DNA of 63,713 bases, counting the filler, from Atractiella rhizophila (Eukaryota), in the NCBI GenBank assembly GCA_021432655.1. It is 4 parts of 3 records of this genome, joined end to end, with 100 filler letters (N's around TTAATTAATTAA, not from the genome) between each part and the next. Parts side by side here need not be neighbours in the genome. Positions count along the whole stretch, not along the records: positions 39,551 to 61,494 come from MU271276.1; positions 61,595 to 63,713 come from MU271284.1; 2 more parts are not named here. The stretch is one strand, 5' to 3'. This document shows, piece after piece, positions 49,331 through 62,386 of the stretch. The notes under the pieces were generated by a model. That model saw only the letters and a list, made by a program, of their open reading frames with translations, made no database searches and was not told where the DNA came from. The first letter of the stretch is position 1, and each line of letters starts with the position of its first letter. A program made the translations under genes and the position numbers.

Positions 49331-49627
49331 GTCGTGCTGTGGACAGAGGAAATGCTGCACTGATAAATATTTATTGATATTTATTGAGTATGGACAAGAC
49401 GGGCAGGCGAAGAGATAGCCAATTGGCTTTTCACCAATTTTCAGCGATGTTTTCAGCATCACGTGAATGACGTCAACTACGCGTTTAGCCGACCCACTTA
49501 AGGGGGTGATTCGAAGTTGTTATTCCCATTCCACTTCAAGTTCACCTGGCAGGGGTTCTAACGTTGATAAGTTCATAGCTAGGATACTTGCGAATACGGA
49601 ATCTGAGAGTTATCTAATTACAACAAC

Positions 49628-51326
49628 ATGCCTCCCGGGCTGGGAGGCATCGACGCCTCCATCTTCGTCGATAACGTGGATGATTACAGTCAGCCCTTTC
49701 TCCTTTCTTCCAGCTTCGCCATTCCTTCTTTCGAGAGGTGATCCATGAAATAAGTGTCATAAGCCTAAAATCGAGAAAAATCAAATTTACTCTCCTCCTC
49801 ATTTGCAGACGTCGAATTCTAGTGCTAACTTGGACTTGCTGCGACAGTATGCGCCATCTGTCTAGAAGTCTACGACGTTCCCATGATGGTATGTCGAAAC
49901 CAGCGTAAGCTCCTCCAGTCCTTTCCCCGTGCAAATGCTCAGCGAGAGATATAGACTCTTTCTGCCACAACTGCTACTCTTCGTTCCAACAAACCAACTC
50001 CTGTCCAACCTGCAGGGACCCGATCTTCCATCGTCCGTTGTATAATCGCGCTCTCCAAAACAAGATCGACCTCTTACGTCGCAAATGCATGAACGATAAA
50101 GAAGGATGTAACTGGACAGGAACGACCCTTGCTCTTCCCGAACACCTGCACCTTAATTGTGGATGGGAAACGGTGAGGTGTCCGAATTCGTCTGTCTTCC
50201 TCCCTTACAAATGAGCACGAATGTGAATCTGACTAGTCCCCGATGTAGGAGGTATGGATGCAGAAGCATGATGTTAAGGAAAAACATTCCCTTACACGCC
50301 ACGGCTTGCAAATATTCACCCAAACCATGTCCACGATCCGACACCTGCGGAATGTTCACGACTCGACAGTTGGAGGAACACGATGCCGTTTGTGAGCAGT
50401 ACGTGTGCTGCAATACGAAGGAAGGCTGTAGCTTCCGTGCGCAAAGAGAAGAAGTCGCCGTCCGTATTTCCATCTTTCCTCAGAACGGTTGACTTAGTGA
50501 GCGTGGATAGAAACATGAGATTCACTGCAGCCATCTCGTTTCTATATTCCGAGCAAAGCGAAAGAATCTGGAAATGGCGGTCAATGCGCTCGATGAGGGG
50601 AAGAAGATGTTGAGGCAGAGGTTGGATGATGCGCAGGATAAAATTGGGAGGATGGAGGTGGAGATTATGAGCTTGAAGAGGAAGAGAGACCATTCTGGTG
50701 GCGATGCGAAGGACGCAAGAGAGGAAGAGGAAGAATTGTACAGATTGAAGAGGGAGAATGAGATGCTCAGGGCTCAGATCGCGCTTTTGAGGTCGAAGAA
50801 TGCGGCTACATCGGAGGGATCCGCACAGGTCCGTCTCTTCCTCTCTCTGTTTCTTGCCTCCGTTGCTGAGCAGAATCCATGCTGCATGACGTAATAGGGC
50901 CAATCTCCACTGACAGAGAGTCCTTCCAACCTCAACTCTGTGTCCCCCATGAAACGTCCCGGTATCACCCGTCCGTCGAAAGCTTTAGAAGAGCGTCAGC
51001 ACGCCAACGCCTCCTCAAACTCACCCTCAAACTCAAATACAAGTCGCTGTAACATCGACTCCGACACCGAGCAGGAGGAGGCGGACGAAGGTGACTATGG
51101 AACACCTGTTCATTCTAAAAGTCGAAAAAGAGAAGTTGTCGGCGACCGTAACAGTACGCTGAGGAAGAGGGATAGCGTTCTTTATCTCGGGAAAGGGAAG
51201 GGGACCAAAGATTCCCCCGTTGATCTCGATGAAAGCACTCATTCGATGTCCACACCGAGGAGGAAGGGAAAGAAGAGAAGGGTGGATAACATAGAGAGTG
51301 GGAGGGACATCATACATTTGGATTGA
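49628..51326 (+). CDS. RING finger plus TRAF-type zinc fingers and coiled coil (probable E3 ligase)
   Basis: CAICLEV…C…H.FCHNC…CPTCR; CMNDKEGCNWTG…EHL..C; further C..GC…H…C units; Glu/Arg/Lys coiled coil and basic tail. Confidence 0.8.
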
Positions 51327-51485
51327 ACTTTAGTTTCTCAAGCGCGTATAACCCGGCACACTGTCGGCGCTCTACAATTGTCAAGTATATACTCTTCTAT
51401 CGCATTGGTATCTTATCCCCTATGTATGACCTAAACCGTTCAGTGGCGCTGGCAAGAAAAAATCCAAGTCCAAAAGAAAAATAAA

Positions 51486-53236
51486 TCACCAAAAATACAT
51501 CGGCTCTGGCTCACAGCAGTTCGAGTTCCAACACAGGCTGAATGACTTGCCTTCGTAGATGAGGACGCCTTCCGCGGCATCCTCCCATTGTTTCCATCCC
51601 CTGGCGCTCGCATCCTCCCCTTTATCCACAACCTTTACCCTCTCCTCGAACTCATTCAAAGTCCAAGGAATATCTCCATAAAACGTGATGAGAGCAAGAA
51701 AAAAGGGTTCTGTGGAGTACTTGTGCCGATCCGAGAGGAAGGAGAGGATAGAGGAGGGAGAGAGGTACATCCACTTGAGGTGCAGCCTACGCATTCGAGG
51801 AAAGGGGAAGTTGAGGAGGAAGTCTGGAGAGACTAGTGCAGAAGAAGGGTCACCGGCGTCGAGTGCCATTTGAGTCAAGTCTACATGTCCTGTTAACCAC
51901 CTTCCAAAACCAAAAAGAGGCACGAACTAGAAAAGGCATAAATGTGTTCATCCAGGAACATTGTATTGACCACAGGCCGCAGCTCCGGATCAGAGTTAGG
52001 ATCTGGATAGACCGGAGGACGGAGTTCAATGGTGAGTGAGGTGAGGTGGCAAGATTGCAGGAGAAAGGGCAAGAGGTCTTTTGCCTTTGCGAGCTCTCCC
52101 TCCCAGAAAGAAAAGTAAAAGAACCGAAAATCGGGACGACTTGAAGCCTCTTCTCTCGCGGGGGTAAGAAATGGCAGGAACGCGCATAATGTCTTATGGT
52201 GCACTGGGCAGGACCAAATGACAAGGTGAACGAGCTTCGTAGACTTTCTCGCTCCATCGAAATCGTGGTGTTCCCTCAGATCCCAACCTTGAATCGTAAG
52301 TTCGGACACCTGCAACTCTCTCGAAAGAAGGCAAGACAGATCTTGCGTATCCCATCTTTGATCATTGTGCACGCGCGTACAGGTGAACTGCAGCTTTCGG
52401 AGGTTTGGAAGTGCCTGTAGAAGGTGAATGGCGAGCCGACGATTTTTTCTACAAAATGGCGGTTTCAGAATCAGAACGACCCAGTCAAGATTCTTGCACA
52501 AACTGAAGGCGTCCACCAATATTTTCCACGTCTCCTCGCGAGAATATTTACGCTGATCCCGGACAATCAACCTTCGCAAATGAGGAGCAAATGGAACTGG
52601 ATAACGATGAAAGAGGGCAAGTGGTTCCAATCGAGTAAGACCAGGGCGATTGGGACCAAAAGGAAGTCGTCTGTCGACATAATCGAAGTGGCCAATCACT
52701 TTGCAAAGTGTGTTCAGAGCAAGTTTTGAGAAGACGACATTAACCAATCTCAAACGTTGGAGATATTCGCCGATGGAAGAATGTTGTCGAAAGTCCACGT
52801 GAAGGTCGCTTGGTTCAACCAAGCATGTAAAGATGAGCGCTAACACTTCTACGGGCAAGTCTGAAAAAGGGTCGTATTCCCATCTTTCCTGGAAGAAGAC
52901 GTCGATGCCAAGACTTTGCTGCTGAGGTGTAGAAGTTGAGGTGACAGAAACCCCTGTGACTTCCGGAGATGATGAGCGCAAGCTCCCAAAGACGCCGCCT
53001 GTTTCTCCGTGGATCGACAAAGACAAAATATATTCGCATTGCTCATCCACATCGAGATCAAAAGTGTATGAAAATCCGGACTGGTCGACTGGGATCGGGA
53101 AATCACGCGATAATAGGCAAGTCTCGACGCGAAAAGAGCAGTTCTTATGTTGCCATCGCTCCCTCGCACGGTTGCTGAACTCCAAGGAAATGCCTAAGAC
53201 ATTCTTCTTCGAAATCGACGCGAAGGCAAGGAGCAT
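51486..53236 (-). CDS. F-box-like protein with LRR-like C-terminus
   Basis: PFSDLPVEVLALIF…LRLVNVVFSKLA; LPNLRKLQF, FPRMRRLHL. Two ORFs are joinable by an intron near 51880-51922. Confidence 0.68.
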
Positions 53237-53601
53237 CACGACGTGAAGGCTACAGCGAGTAAGCTGAAGATATCGACTCTCGAACGGATCTAAAGCAATT
53301 CATATCAATAGGAGCCATTTCTGCATGGATAAGATCTACTCCAATCCTACTCTCGCACCTTGCTCACAGGCAATTCTCCGCCTGACATGTCATGTCTTGT
53401 CCACACTGCATCCACGTGATCTATCATATTACCTTCCCAAATTCCGTAAAGCAGGCGCAAAGAGAATGGGAGCACTTCTCAATCTCTTAAACTCAGAGCA
53501 TTCATCAGCACCAAGGAACCATTTTGACATGCAAACCCATTGATTGACCTAGATAGAACTATTTCACATGTATCATCTTGAACAAATACACTTTTAGCCT
53601 T

Positions 53602-54565
53602 TTACTTCTTTCCAGCAACAAATTGGTTGACCTGATGCATGACAACGAGGTCAGGGATCGCTGGAGAAAAAGCAGAGGAAGACAAAAGGACGTACGGTGT
53701 TACCGAAAAGAGTTCCTTGATGCTTGGCAATGCTGAGCTCAATCTCGCTCGGTTGGCGGCTTCCATCACCAGCAGCGATGGTGCTATTGATTCACGACGC
53801 CAGTGCGCACATGAGTTAAGACTCAAAACCAAAGATGGGAGAAAGACTGACGCAGCGCCGTAAGCGGAACCTCCCATAACCTCACCCATCTCGACGAGCT
53901 TAGGGTGGCTGTAACCGATGGGAACGATGACAATTCCGTGGTGGGCGAAGAAAGGATAAGTGCTTTGTTTCTAGAATCAGTATGCGGTCGCCGGTGACCG
54001 AAGACAAGGCTCACGTCAAAGCAGTCGTCTCCTGTCCTCCGTGTTGCGAAGCGGTGGAGCTGAAGACAGTTGCGAACTTTCCGACGAGCGCACCAGTAGC
54101 CCAGAGCTGACCTGTCTTATCGAAGAGGGTGGAGATCTGGCCGACTGCCCTTCCATACCTGACGAGATCGTGGTGAGTGCTACAATCAGCACTGGGGATG
54201 GCTGAAGACAGACCTCGTTGGGATACCGAAAGCAAACCCATCGTAGTTCTTGAGGATGTTGATGTCCTCGAGAACGGGATAGCTAGCCTTTCCGGGAGCG
54301 TGCATCTTGGCGAGAATTTCGGAAGAAAGGGTCTCAGGAACCTACAGAGCAGCTCGTAAGCGCGAATCGACTAATCTAGAAGGCAAGGAGATGCTCACTT
54401 GATAGATGTCAACCTCAGCACCGGTAGCCTTCAGTCCCTCCGACACGCTCTCTGCGAGCTTCACACAGAAAAATCAGGGTCTGTTGGTCCTATGCAAAAT
54501 GGGAGGCTCACCTTCTGGATGTGACCGTACATGCTGTAGTAGATGATGGCGATCTTGGCAGGCAT
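53602..54565 (-). CDS. Flavodoxin-like NAD(P)H:quinone oxidoreductase (WrbA/Pst2/Ycp4 family)
   Basis: [83 protein letters not shown]. Confidence 0.95.
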
Positions 54566-54966
54566 TTTGAAGAGTGAGAACGCGTAAAGCTCAAGTTGGC
54601 AGTTCGAGTTGGTGGTTTGGATGGAGATGATCGATGTCAAAAGATCCCGCTTTTATAGTCGCGGCTCCCCAAGATAAATGCTCAACCGAACCCCTGTTAG
54701 TGTAATGACAATTGCAAGGAAAGCCATAATCTGGGCCCAATGCTGTCACACCAACTCGGTTTCCTCAGCGGTTTCCCTATGCACCACTCCAGACGCGCGC
54801 CTATAGCCACAAATCATTGCCTTTCTGACAGTCTCTGACAAAATCTTGCTGAGATAACCAGGGCCAGATTGTCATCCCGATCAGCTCGCATGCCCCGCAG
54901 GGAATGAAAGACAAACATCACGTGAACTGGATTTGTTGAAAACGCGTATCGAGATGCGTCGCTGTG

Positions 54967-57900
54967 ATGGACTCGTCTTCGCTCCATTCTGTTCCCTCGA
55001 CCTCCACAGCGACTGCCACCACCTTTGCCTCGCTCGAGTCTGGTCAGGTCCAGCTGCTCCAAACAATAATCGACCGGGTACCCCCGCAGGCGACGACATT
55101 TTTGTCCATCTACGCAGTCTACCAAAAAGTACTGCAACAGCACAATCTAAATCCTGAGAACGATGTGGTATATTATGGGGTACTGCTCAAACTGGCAATG
55201 GAAATGGGAGAAACCTGGAAACAGAAGTGGGAGGGAGTGAAGGTACGATATTTCAACAAGGGAAGTGTTGGCAATGTAGCGGTGGCTCTCCCTTCCCCTC
55301 CTCCGTCGATAGAGGAGGAGAAATTGAAAGCTGGTGGCCTCAAATCTCGAGCAGCCAAGACGACGCTGAATCTCAAATCCCTACCCAACGCACCAGCGTC
55401 CACCACTCCCCGCCGTCCACGTCAATTTCTCGTCCCTCCACCTCCGAATCAACCAGTCGAATCAACAGACGCGGAATCCGACCTCCCACATCCCATCACA
55501 CCGTTTGCCCTATTCCCAAAGAAGCAACTTCGTCTCACGGAAGACGTTGGTTCGTCGTCTGCCACGACAGGGCCAAGTCTACCGCCTCTCCCGAGCTATC
55601 GATCGCACAGCAGAGACGCACGCATCCAAGTCCTTCCTGCTCGTCTCTTGACTAGAAAATCTAGGAGCGTCATCTCGGAGGGCACAAAGGAAAGGGAAAC
55701 GGCGGTGGGACCTTTGCAGAGCACGCCTGCACCTGGAAAGCGGTGGGGAAAGCCAGCGGGTGAGGATTTGAACACGCACGTCGAGTTTGGGAGTTTCGCT
55801 TTGGACACTGTACCTCGCAAACGCCGAAAGTCATTGCCTCCAGACTTGCGAGAAAGTGTGAGAACTCAAGAGCAAGAACAGAGGAATCGCCGTTTGGAGG
55901 AAGAAGAGAAAGAAGAGGAGGAAAGGAGGGAGAGGGTGCTTGCCGATCGGAAGAGGAGGGAGGATGCACGGAAAGAGAAGGAGGAGGAGAGGGAGAGGGA
56001 GCAGCGAGAGGAGAAGCGGATCAAGATGTTGGAATCTCAGGCGGACAAGTTTCGTACTCTCTCGCTCCTCGGCACTAGGTGGGACCGCTGGCGCTTTCGA
56101 GCGGAACAGTCCAGGTTCAACCGCGAGAGAGAAGAGTTGGTCACTCTCACCCTGCGATCTCTCGCTCTGCGGAGATCGATCCACAACTGGTCTCGCCGTC
56201 TCTACACCATCCGAGGGCTCCAACCGGTTGCCGAAGAACACCGTGCCATCCACCTACTCCACCACTTCTTCAATTTATGGCGGAAGCGACGGCGAGATGC
56301 CAAAGAAGCGAGACTACGGGCTGCATGGACGCAAGTCCGTAGCAGGTGGAAGAAGCGATGGGCTAGGAAGGTGTGGGACACATGGATGTGGAGGACGAAG
56401 GAGAGGGAAGCGGAACGGCATGACGAAAAACGGATAACCTCTGCCGTCTTTGCACGCTGGAGACGCAGAACCAAAGATGTGAAGCAGATGGACGTGAAAG
56501 CTGCCTCTCTTGAGCTGGCATTTGAGGAAAGGACAAAACGGAAGGTGTGGAAAGAGTGGAAGTGGAAGGGGCGGGTCATCGTAGCGGAGAAGCGGGTGAC
56601 ACAAAAGCATACCTCAGTCGTCTTGTTGAACGCGTGGACACTTTGGAAGCAGCGGACGTATGTCCTTTCTCCTTATTAGTAATATTTACATTCATCATTT
56701 TCGCAGAAACGAGAATGTAAAAGCACTCGATTTCCGGATAGTATTGCTGCAACGTTCCGCTTTGAACAGGTGGAAGCAACAGCTATGGAAAACGGACATG
56801 CTTCGACAGAGACTCTTCCAGCTTGAACAGGAGAAGGATTCAACTACTCTCTGGACTGTTTTCGCTCGATGGAGAGCAGTAGCGCGGAGGAAACATCTCG
56901 AGCGACAACGAAATTCTCGGTTGTTACAAACCGCATTCTCTTGTTGGAAGCGTAAACGAGACGTAATTTCTGCTCTAGAAGGTGTGCATGTTCCCTCAAC
57001 GTGTGTATCAGCTTATAGTTTTGTTACAGAACGAGAATACCAATTCCGACATGACCTGAACAACCGTCTAAAGCGATCTGTACTGGCGCTGTGGAGCGAT
57101 CGTTTGGCAACGCATCAGAATGCGCTGTCTGTCGCCGTCACATTTCATTCCCGTTCCATCATCATCCAGACTCTCAATAAATGGTCAACGGCGCGACAGC
57201 GACAGCGGAAGATGGCATGGAAGGCGGAGAAGGCAAGAAACCTCTTCTTAAAAGCTACCATCTGGAACAACTGGAGGTTTGCGGTGATTACTGCGAAACA
57301 AGAGAGATGGTTGCAAGCGAGGAATGAGAAGACGATGAGGGGCTTCTTCGGAAAATGGCGAGAAAGGACTGATAGACTCGTGGCGCTCGAAGACGATGTA
57401 GAAGATTTCCAAATCAAGGTTAATCAGGTACGCTGTCTCTGAAGCGCAATATGACCGCCTGCTCATGGTTGCTTGAAGCGGCTAGCTACGTCAGTAATCA
57501 GAAATTGGTTTGACAAAGTCATCGATGTCAGGGAGAAATCTCTCATTGTCGATCGGGCTCGACGGCGAAAGCTGTTGACGTTTGTCGATTCCCTTACTGC
57601 GTGCGTACGCCTAACGAGAGATCTGTAGACTTGCTTTCAACAAATGGACGGATGACTGTTACCGTCATGGCGATCTCATTCATCAAGCGGAAGAATTTTT
57701 TGAGACGAGAGAGCGCGGCATGTATTTTTGCTCGTCCTCCTTGAACCTATTTCTAATCCAAAAAAAAAGATCGAGCGCATAAAATGTTCGTATTATGGTC
57801 TATTAAAACGTCCGAGATTCGTGAGCGGAAGCGAAAGATGCAAGAACGAAAAGCAGCCAAACGGCTTAAACTCCTAACGACAACCTTTATCAAATGGAAC

Positions 57901-58802
57901 GACAAACTGAAAGAGCGCAACCTCGCCAATCAGGAACTCATGCTTCGTGAGGCTTACGAGGAGCGACTGGCAAGACAGACACTCGCCATGTGGGAAACAC
58001 GATCAACCGTATGATTCTTTCTGCCGTCGAGACCTTGTTTGACTTTCTCAAAACAGGCCGTCGCAGCGATACGCTTCCACAATGAGCACCTGAAAATCCG
58101 AATACTTCATAGCTGGCGGCGGGCAGTTCCTATCAAGCAAAATGAGCGGCTTGCAGACGAAACATTGCGAAAATCATTGCAACTGAAAGCTCTCCAGACC
58201 TGGCAAGCTCGATATGGAGGACGGATGGCTGTTCGAGCTGCCAAGTGAGATACCCTCCTCATCCTCTGAGGTGAAGTCCTGACAATAGGCGTAGTCGCTT
58301 CCGTGTCAAAGCACCGGTTGGACGACGTTCATCCACAACCTCTCGTGGGCGAGAAGCCTCACCTCAAATTCTTTACAACCGGCCAGGTGACCGCGAGCCC
58401 ACACCTTCTACCTCAGAACAGATCCTTCGACGACGGCCTGCTAGTGATGATCGTCCCTACGGGCTTGCCAACGAGTTCGCTCGTGCAACCGCCAGTGCTC
58501 AAACACGACGAGAGCGCACAGCCAGCCCCACTCGTTCCCCTATCAAAACCACCAGTCGTCCTTCCTCACGATTAACTGGTACCGGTAGTCGGATGTCGAA
58601 CTATGAGCGACAGAGGGAGGAGGAGGAAGAAGAGTGGCAAGATCAGGTTAGGAGGCAGATGCGTGGCGCTGGTGTGGCAGAGAATCTGAGTCGCAATACC
58701 CCTCTGTCACGACCTCCAACATTGAAAAGCCCCAAGTTTCCGACGATGCCTTTTGGCCTTGCAGGGAGGAGACGCATTTTAGAGGACGACACGACAGACT
58801 GA
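54967..58802 (+). CDS. SFI1: Sfi1-like spindle pole body centrin-binding protein
   Basis: N-terminal F..I…Y..VL….LNPENDVVYY..LLKL….GETW..KW motif, followed by a long helical region with regularly spaced F/L..W[RK] repeats. Confidence 0.82.
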
Positions 58803-58973
58803 TCTCGATCCAGCTTCTCATCATCTTTGTATCAGTTTGGGGTTTCGGATTTCTTGTTTCTTCAAAGTTTGTTATTCCATAACAATTGTATTCGACATTT
58901 GTATCACTAGACACATGGCATTTCCTTTGCAGGATCTTCGTCTTTTCTTGCGGTACATTTATTCTGTGTCGTT

Positions 58974-59954
58974 CTATAACTTTGCCAGAATAGCATCTGC
59001 ACTGGAGGAAGTGACCTGGTTCCCATTCTCCTGTGTTCCTGCATGAGCACTGGCGTTCGATGGAGAGTGTAACCACATACCTCAATGCCAATTTCCTTCA
59101 CAATCAGATCGTCAATGACGAGCGTGAACCTCTGGAGCCTCAAATTGGGCAAACCGACAGCAGAAACTGTTCAAGTGAGTCAACATTAGTTTGATTGAAC
59201 AGAACGGCGTGAGGAGGGATAAATCTGAAGAAACACTAACGATCCACGCTCAAACCAGCCTCCTTTGCCCATCGGGCATCCGGATCAGAAAGCATCTCGA
59301 CGGCTGGACCAGCTTTATTGAAACGACCCTGCGAATCGTCATAAGTTGCTTAAATATGGCACACATCGGGCATCCGGATCAGAAAGCATCTCGACGGCTG
59401 GACCAGCTTTATTGAAACGACCCTGCGAATCGTCATAAGTTGCTTAAATATGGCACGGTATAGACAAAGAACGTGCAAATCCGCTCATTACAAACCTGGC
59501 TCCGTTTTATCAGCATATATTCACATCAGAGATTCTACTGGAGGGACGCACAGATCGTTGGAAGCGATGGCGTAGATTTGATCTACTCCCTTCTTCTTGA
59601 ACTCCTCGGCCTTCTCAATGTACGGCGGGAGATGGTTTCCAGAGCAGGTTCCTATCAGTACCGCACCAAGCATGAGCATCTTCACCTCATTCGGGGTTCC
59701 TTCATTGGGGATGATGAGAGCATGAGTACGAACTGGTGAACGCTCCAGGCAGCCCAATCAGCACAATCTTCTTCCCCTTCCACTGCTCAGTCTTCAGCCT
59801 ACTGGGCATACCGCACGCCCTACTATCTTCCAATGCTTCATCGTACGGGATGTAGGGGAAAACTCCTTCTGGAATTGTGTCACCGACTCTTATTCACCAT
59901 CCGTCATTGGTGAGCGACAGACTCTAAGAAGGAAGACACATACTTGAGCGTCAT
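58974..59954 (-). CDS. Peroxiredoxin of the Prx5/Ahp1 (redoxin) type, containing a 93-bp internal tandem duplication
   Basis: VGDTIPEGVFPYIPY…ACGMP…WKGKKIVLIGLPGAFT/GTCSGNHLPPY…KGVDQIYAIASND, RLQRFTLVIDDL, VTSSSADAILAKL*. Confidence 0.9.
59270..59456. repeat. Exact 93-bp tandem duplication inside the peroxiredoxin gene
   Basis: 59270-59362 equals 59364-59456 (catcgggcatccggatcag…aaatatggcac). Confidence 0.95.
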
Positions 59955-61018
59955 GTTTCCTCTGATTTCTACCGTATAAGCGTTATTAATTTCTTGTAGC
60001 CTTTAGGATGGCTTGTTCTTGGAGAGAGCAAAGACGGAGCAGTTACTTGCTTTTATACGGTAGTGTCATTGCGTGAGCGGATCACTCACTTCCCGTTCCG
60101 GACTGCTTACTGATAAGATTCAATTTCGGGAAGATGAAGATACGTGTCCTCTCGCCTAGGCTTTACAGGTTCCTTCGAATCGACAGATGTATCATCCCAA
60201 ATTCCCAATGAGTAAACATTGTTAATAAATGCTGCTTTACAAGCCTGATAGATTACTAGATTACTAGAGTAGGAAAGGCTGAGTGAGCGAGCCAGTCTAG
60301 CAGCTTTGAGTGGCAAGTTGACGTGCAGTGGATCTAAAGCCAGGAGGCACTTGTGCTCCACCCAGTCTCCAATCTCCACCTCCGTTTACCAGCTCCGGGT
60401 AGCCCAATCAGAACGATCTTCTTGCCCTTCCACTGCTCAGTCTTCAGCCTACTGGGCATACCGCACGCCCTACTGTCTTCCAATGCTTCATCATACGGAA
60501 TGTAGGGGAAAACTCCCTCTGGAATTGTGTCACCGACTCTTATTCCACATCAGGGTGAGCGACTGAGTCCAATGAAGGAAGACACATACTTGAGGGTCAT
60601 TTCTACTTTGATTAACTGTTTGTAGCCTTTAGGATGACTTGTTCTTGGAGAGAGCAAAGACGGAGCAGTTACTTGCTTTTATACGGTAGTGTCATTGCGT
60701 GAGCGGATCACTCACTCCCGTTCCGGACTGCTTACTGATAAGATTCAATTTCGGGAAGATGAAGATACGTGTCCTCCTCTCGCCTAGGCTTTACAGGTTC
60801 CTTCGAATCGACAGATGTATCATCCCAAATTCCGAATGAGTAAACATTGTTAATAAATGCTGCTTTACAAGCCTGATAGATTACTAGATTACTAGAGTTG
60901 GAAAGGCTGAGTGAGCGAGCCGCTCTAGCAGCTTTGAGTGGCAAGTTGACGTGCAGTGGATCTAAAGCCAGGAGGCACTTGTGCTCCACCCAGTCTCCAA
61001 TTTCCGCCTCTGTTTACC
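59742..61018. repeat. Diverged ~630-650 bp tandem duplication covering the peroxiredoxin 5' exons and upstream region
   Basis: Copy A 59742-60390 and copy B 60392-61018 align throughout, with substitutions and small indels. Confidence 0.95.
60391..60600 (-). pseudogene. 3'-truncated second copy (or alternate allele) of the peroxiredoxin N-terminus
   Basis: MTLK/…VGDTIPEGVFPYIPY…KKIVLIGLPGA breaks at the duplication junction, before the catalytic Cys. Confidence 0.75.
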
Positions 61019-61102
61019 GATCTTCCACAGGCATCTCCTTCAGTCATACCAGCACCGGGAACGTGTGGCGGATCCTGTCGCCGAGGCAGATGTAGCGAAT
61101 CT

Positions 61103-61494
61103 TCATTCGACCTTAAACATCTTTGTCCCAGGCACCATCTTCGCCTCCCTCCTCCTCCCCTTCTTCTCCTCTCTCCTCTCTGCTTCTCGGTCTCCCTTAA
61201 ATGATTTAAGATTCTCGAAGAATCGGACATATAGGAAAGTCTCGATAGCTCCTATTGTGAACGCTGACAGGAGGGAAAGGACGATTTTCTGCGCGTCGGA
61301 CGTCAGCCTTATCCGTCAGCTTCAAAAAAAAGGCAAGAGTGACGACTTACAATCTCAGGACCAAACTGATACATAACCCACCAAACTGCAACGCCGACCG
61401 CAACCATGCTGGCACAGACATTGATTACCGCTCCAATTTCCTTCTTCATGACCTTCCAGTCCTCTTCTGCATCATTTGAAGGGTCCGAAAATGG
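61103..61494 (-). CDS. VMA12: ER V-ATPase assembly factor Vma12/Vph2 (TMEM199), 3' part
   Basis: EEDWKVMKKEIGAVINVCASMVAVGVAVWW…/KIVLSLLSAFTIGAIETFLY: two TM helices followed by a basic tail. Confidence 0.75.
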
Positions 61495-62386
61495 NNNNNN
61501 NNNNNNNNNNNNNNNNNNNNNNNNNNNNNNNNNNNNNNTTAATTAATTAANNNNNNNNNNNNNNNNNNNNNNNNNNNNNNNNNNNNNNNNNNNNTCCTTC
61601 ATTTTCATTTTACTCGTTTCAGTACAGTTGGGACTATCGCAATGACTGGATAGAAGAAGAAATCATCATTGCAGGGCCACGACACACGACATCTTTCATC
61701 CCCTCTTTAGAGAGGTCACTTTATCCTAGAACCAGAACAAACGTCAGCACCCCATGTAACGATATGTGGCAAAACACTGGATAATGGGAAATTGCAAGAA
61801 GCTCAGCTAGCCGTTCTTAGTTGAATACCTTTGCGTCGTCAGGTCTCGCCCTAAGGCTTGAGAATCGGTCTTAGCATGGAATGGTTGTTTATCATCTTCG
61901 CTTTTGCTTTCGAAAGAAATAAACGTAAAAGAGGAAGGATAAGACTCACCTTTGACAATATTGAGACAACAAGACCTGTAATATCACAACAACCTGCAAG
62001 ACAAGGCGTCAGTCAATTCTAAGGATGAGTTGGAATCAGGTGCGATCAGAGGAATGTAAATGGTTCGACATCATGGATCCGAATTTGATGGTACGCATTG
62101 AAAAGTCATCCTTTCCGTGAACTGCTGAGTTGAGACCCACCTTATGACGGTTTCAAATAACAATCTAAACACAGGACACTGTCAGCCGACTCGTTCATAT
62201 GGTACTGGATGCCGGAGTTAGAAAGGCTACAGAATCAGAGATGCTTTTGTTTGGCTATAGCAAGTGTCTCTCACCATTCCCTTCAAAGGGTCTGTCTGGG
62301 GCGACACATGGTTTCTCATCATATCAAACCCTCATGCTCCAATTGGCATTGACGAGAAAAAGAGGCGAGCTTACCTAACACAAACT

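Noticed and set aside
60732..61100. Small gene between the peroxiredoxin and VMA12 (minus ORF …HLPEIESYQ*, or a 48-aa spliced plus-strand model)
   Set aside because: The minus ORF lacks an ATG, and the plus model has a stop in the duplicate copy. Neither matches a known family.
7482..61494. V-ATPase gene cluster (VMA6 and VMA12)
   Set aside because: The genes are over 50 kb apart and separated by contig joins; coincidence is likely.
61595..62300. Short spliced minus-strand gene downstream of pyridoxal kinase
   Set aside because: Some splice-like signals exist, but no coherent open reading frame could be assembled.
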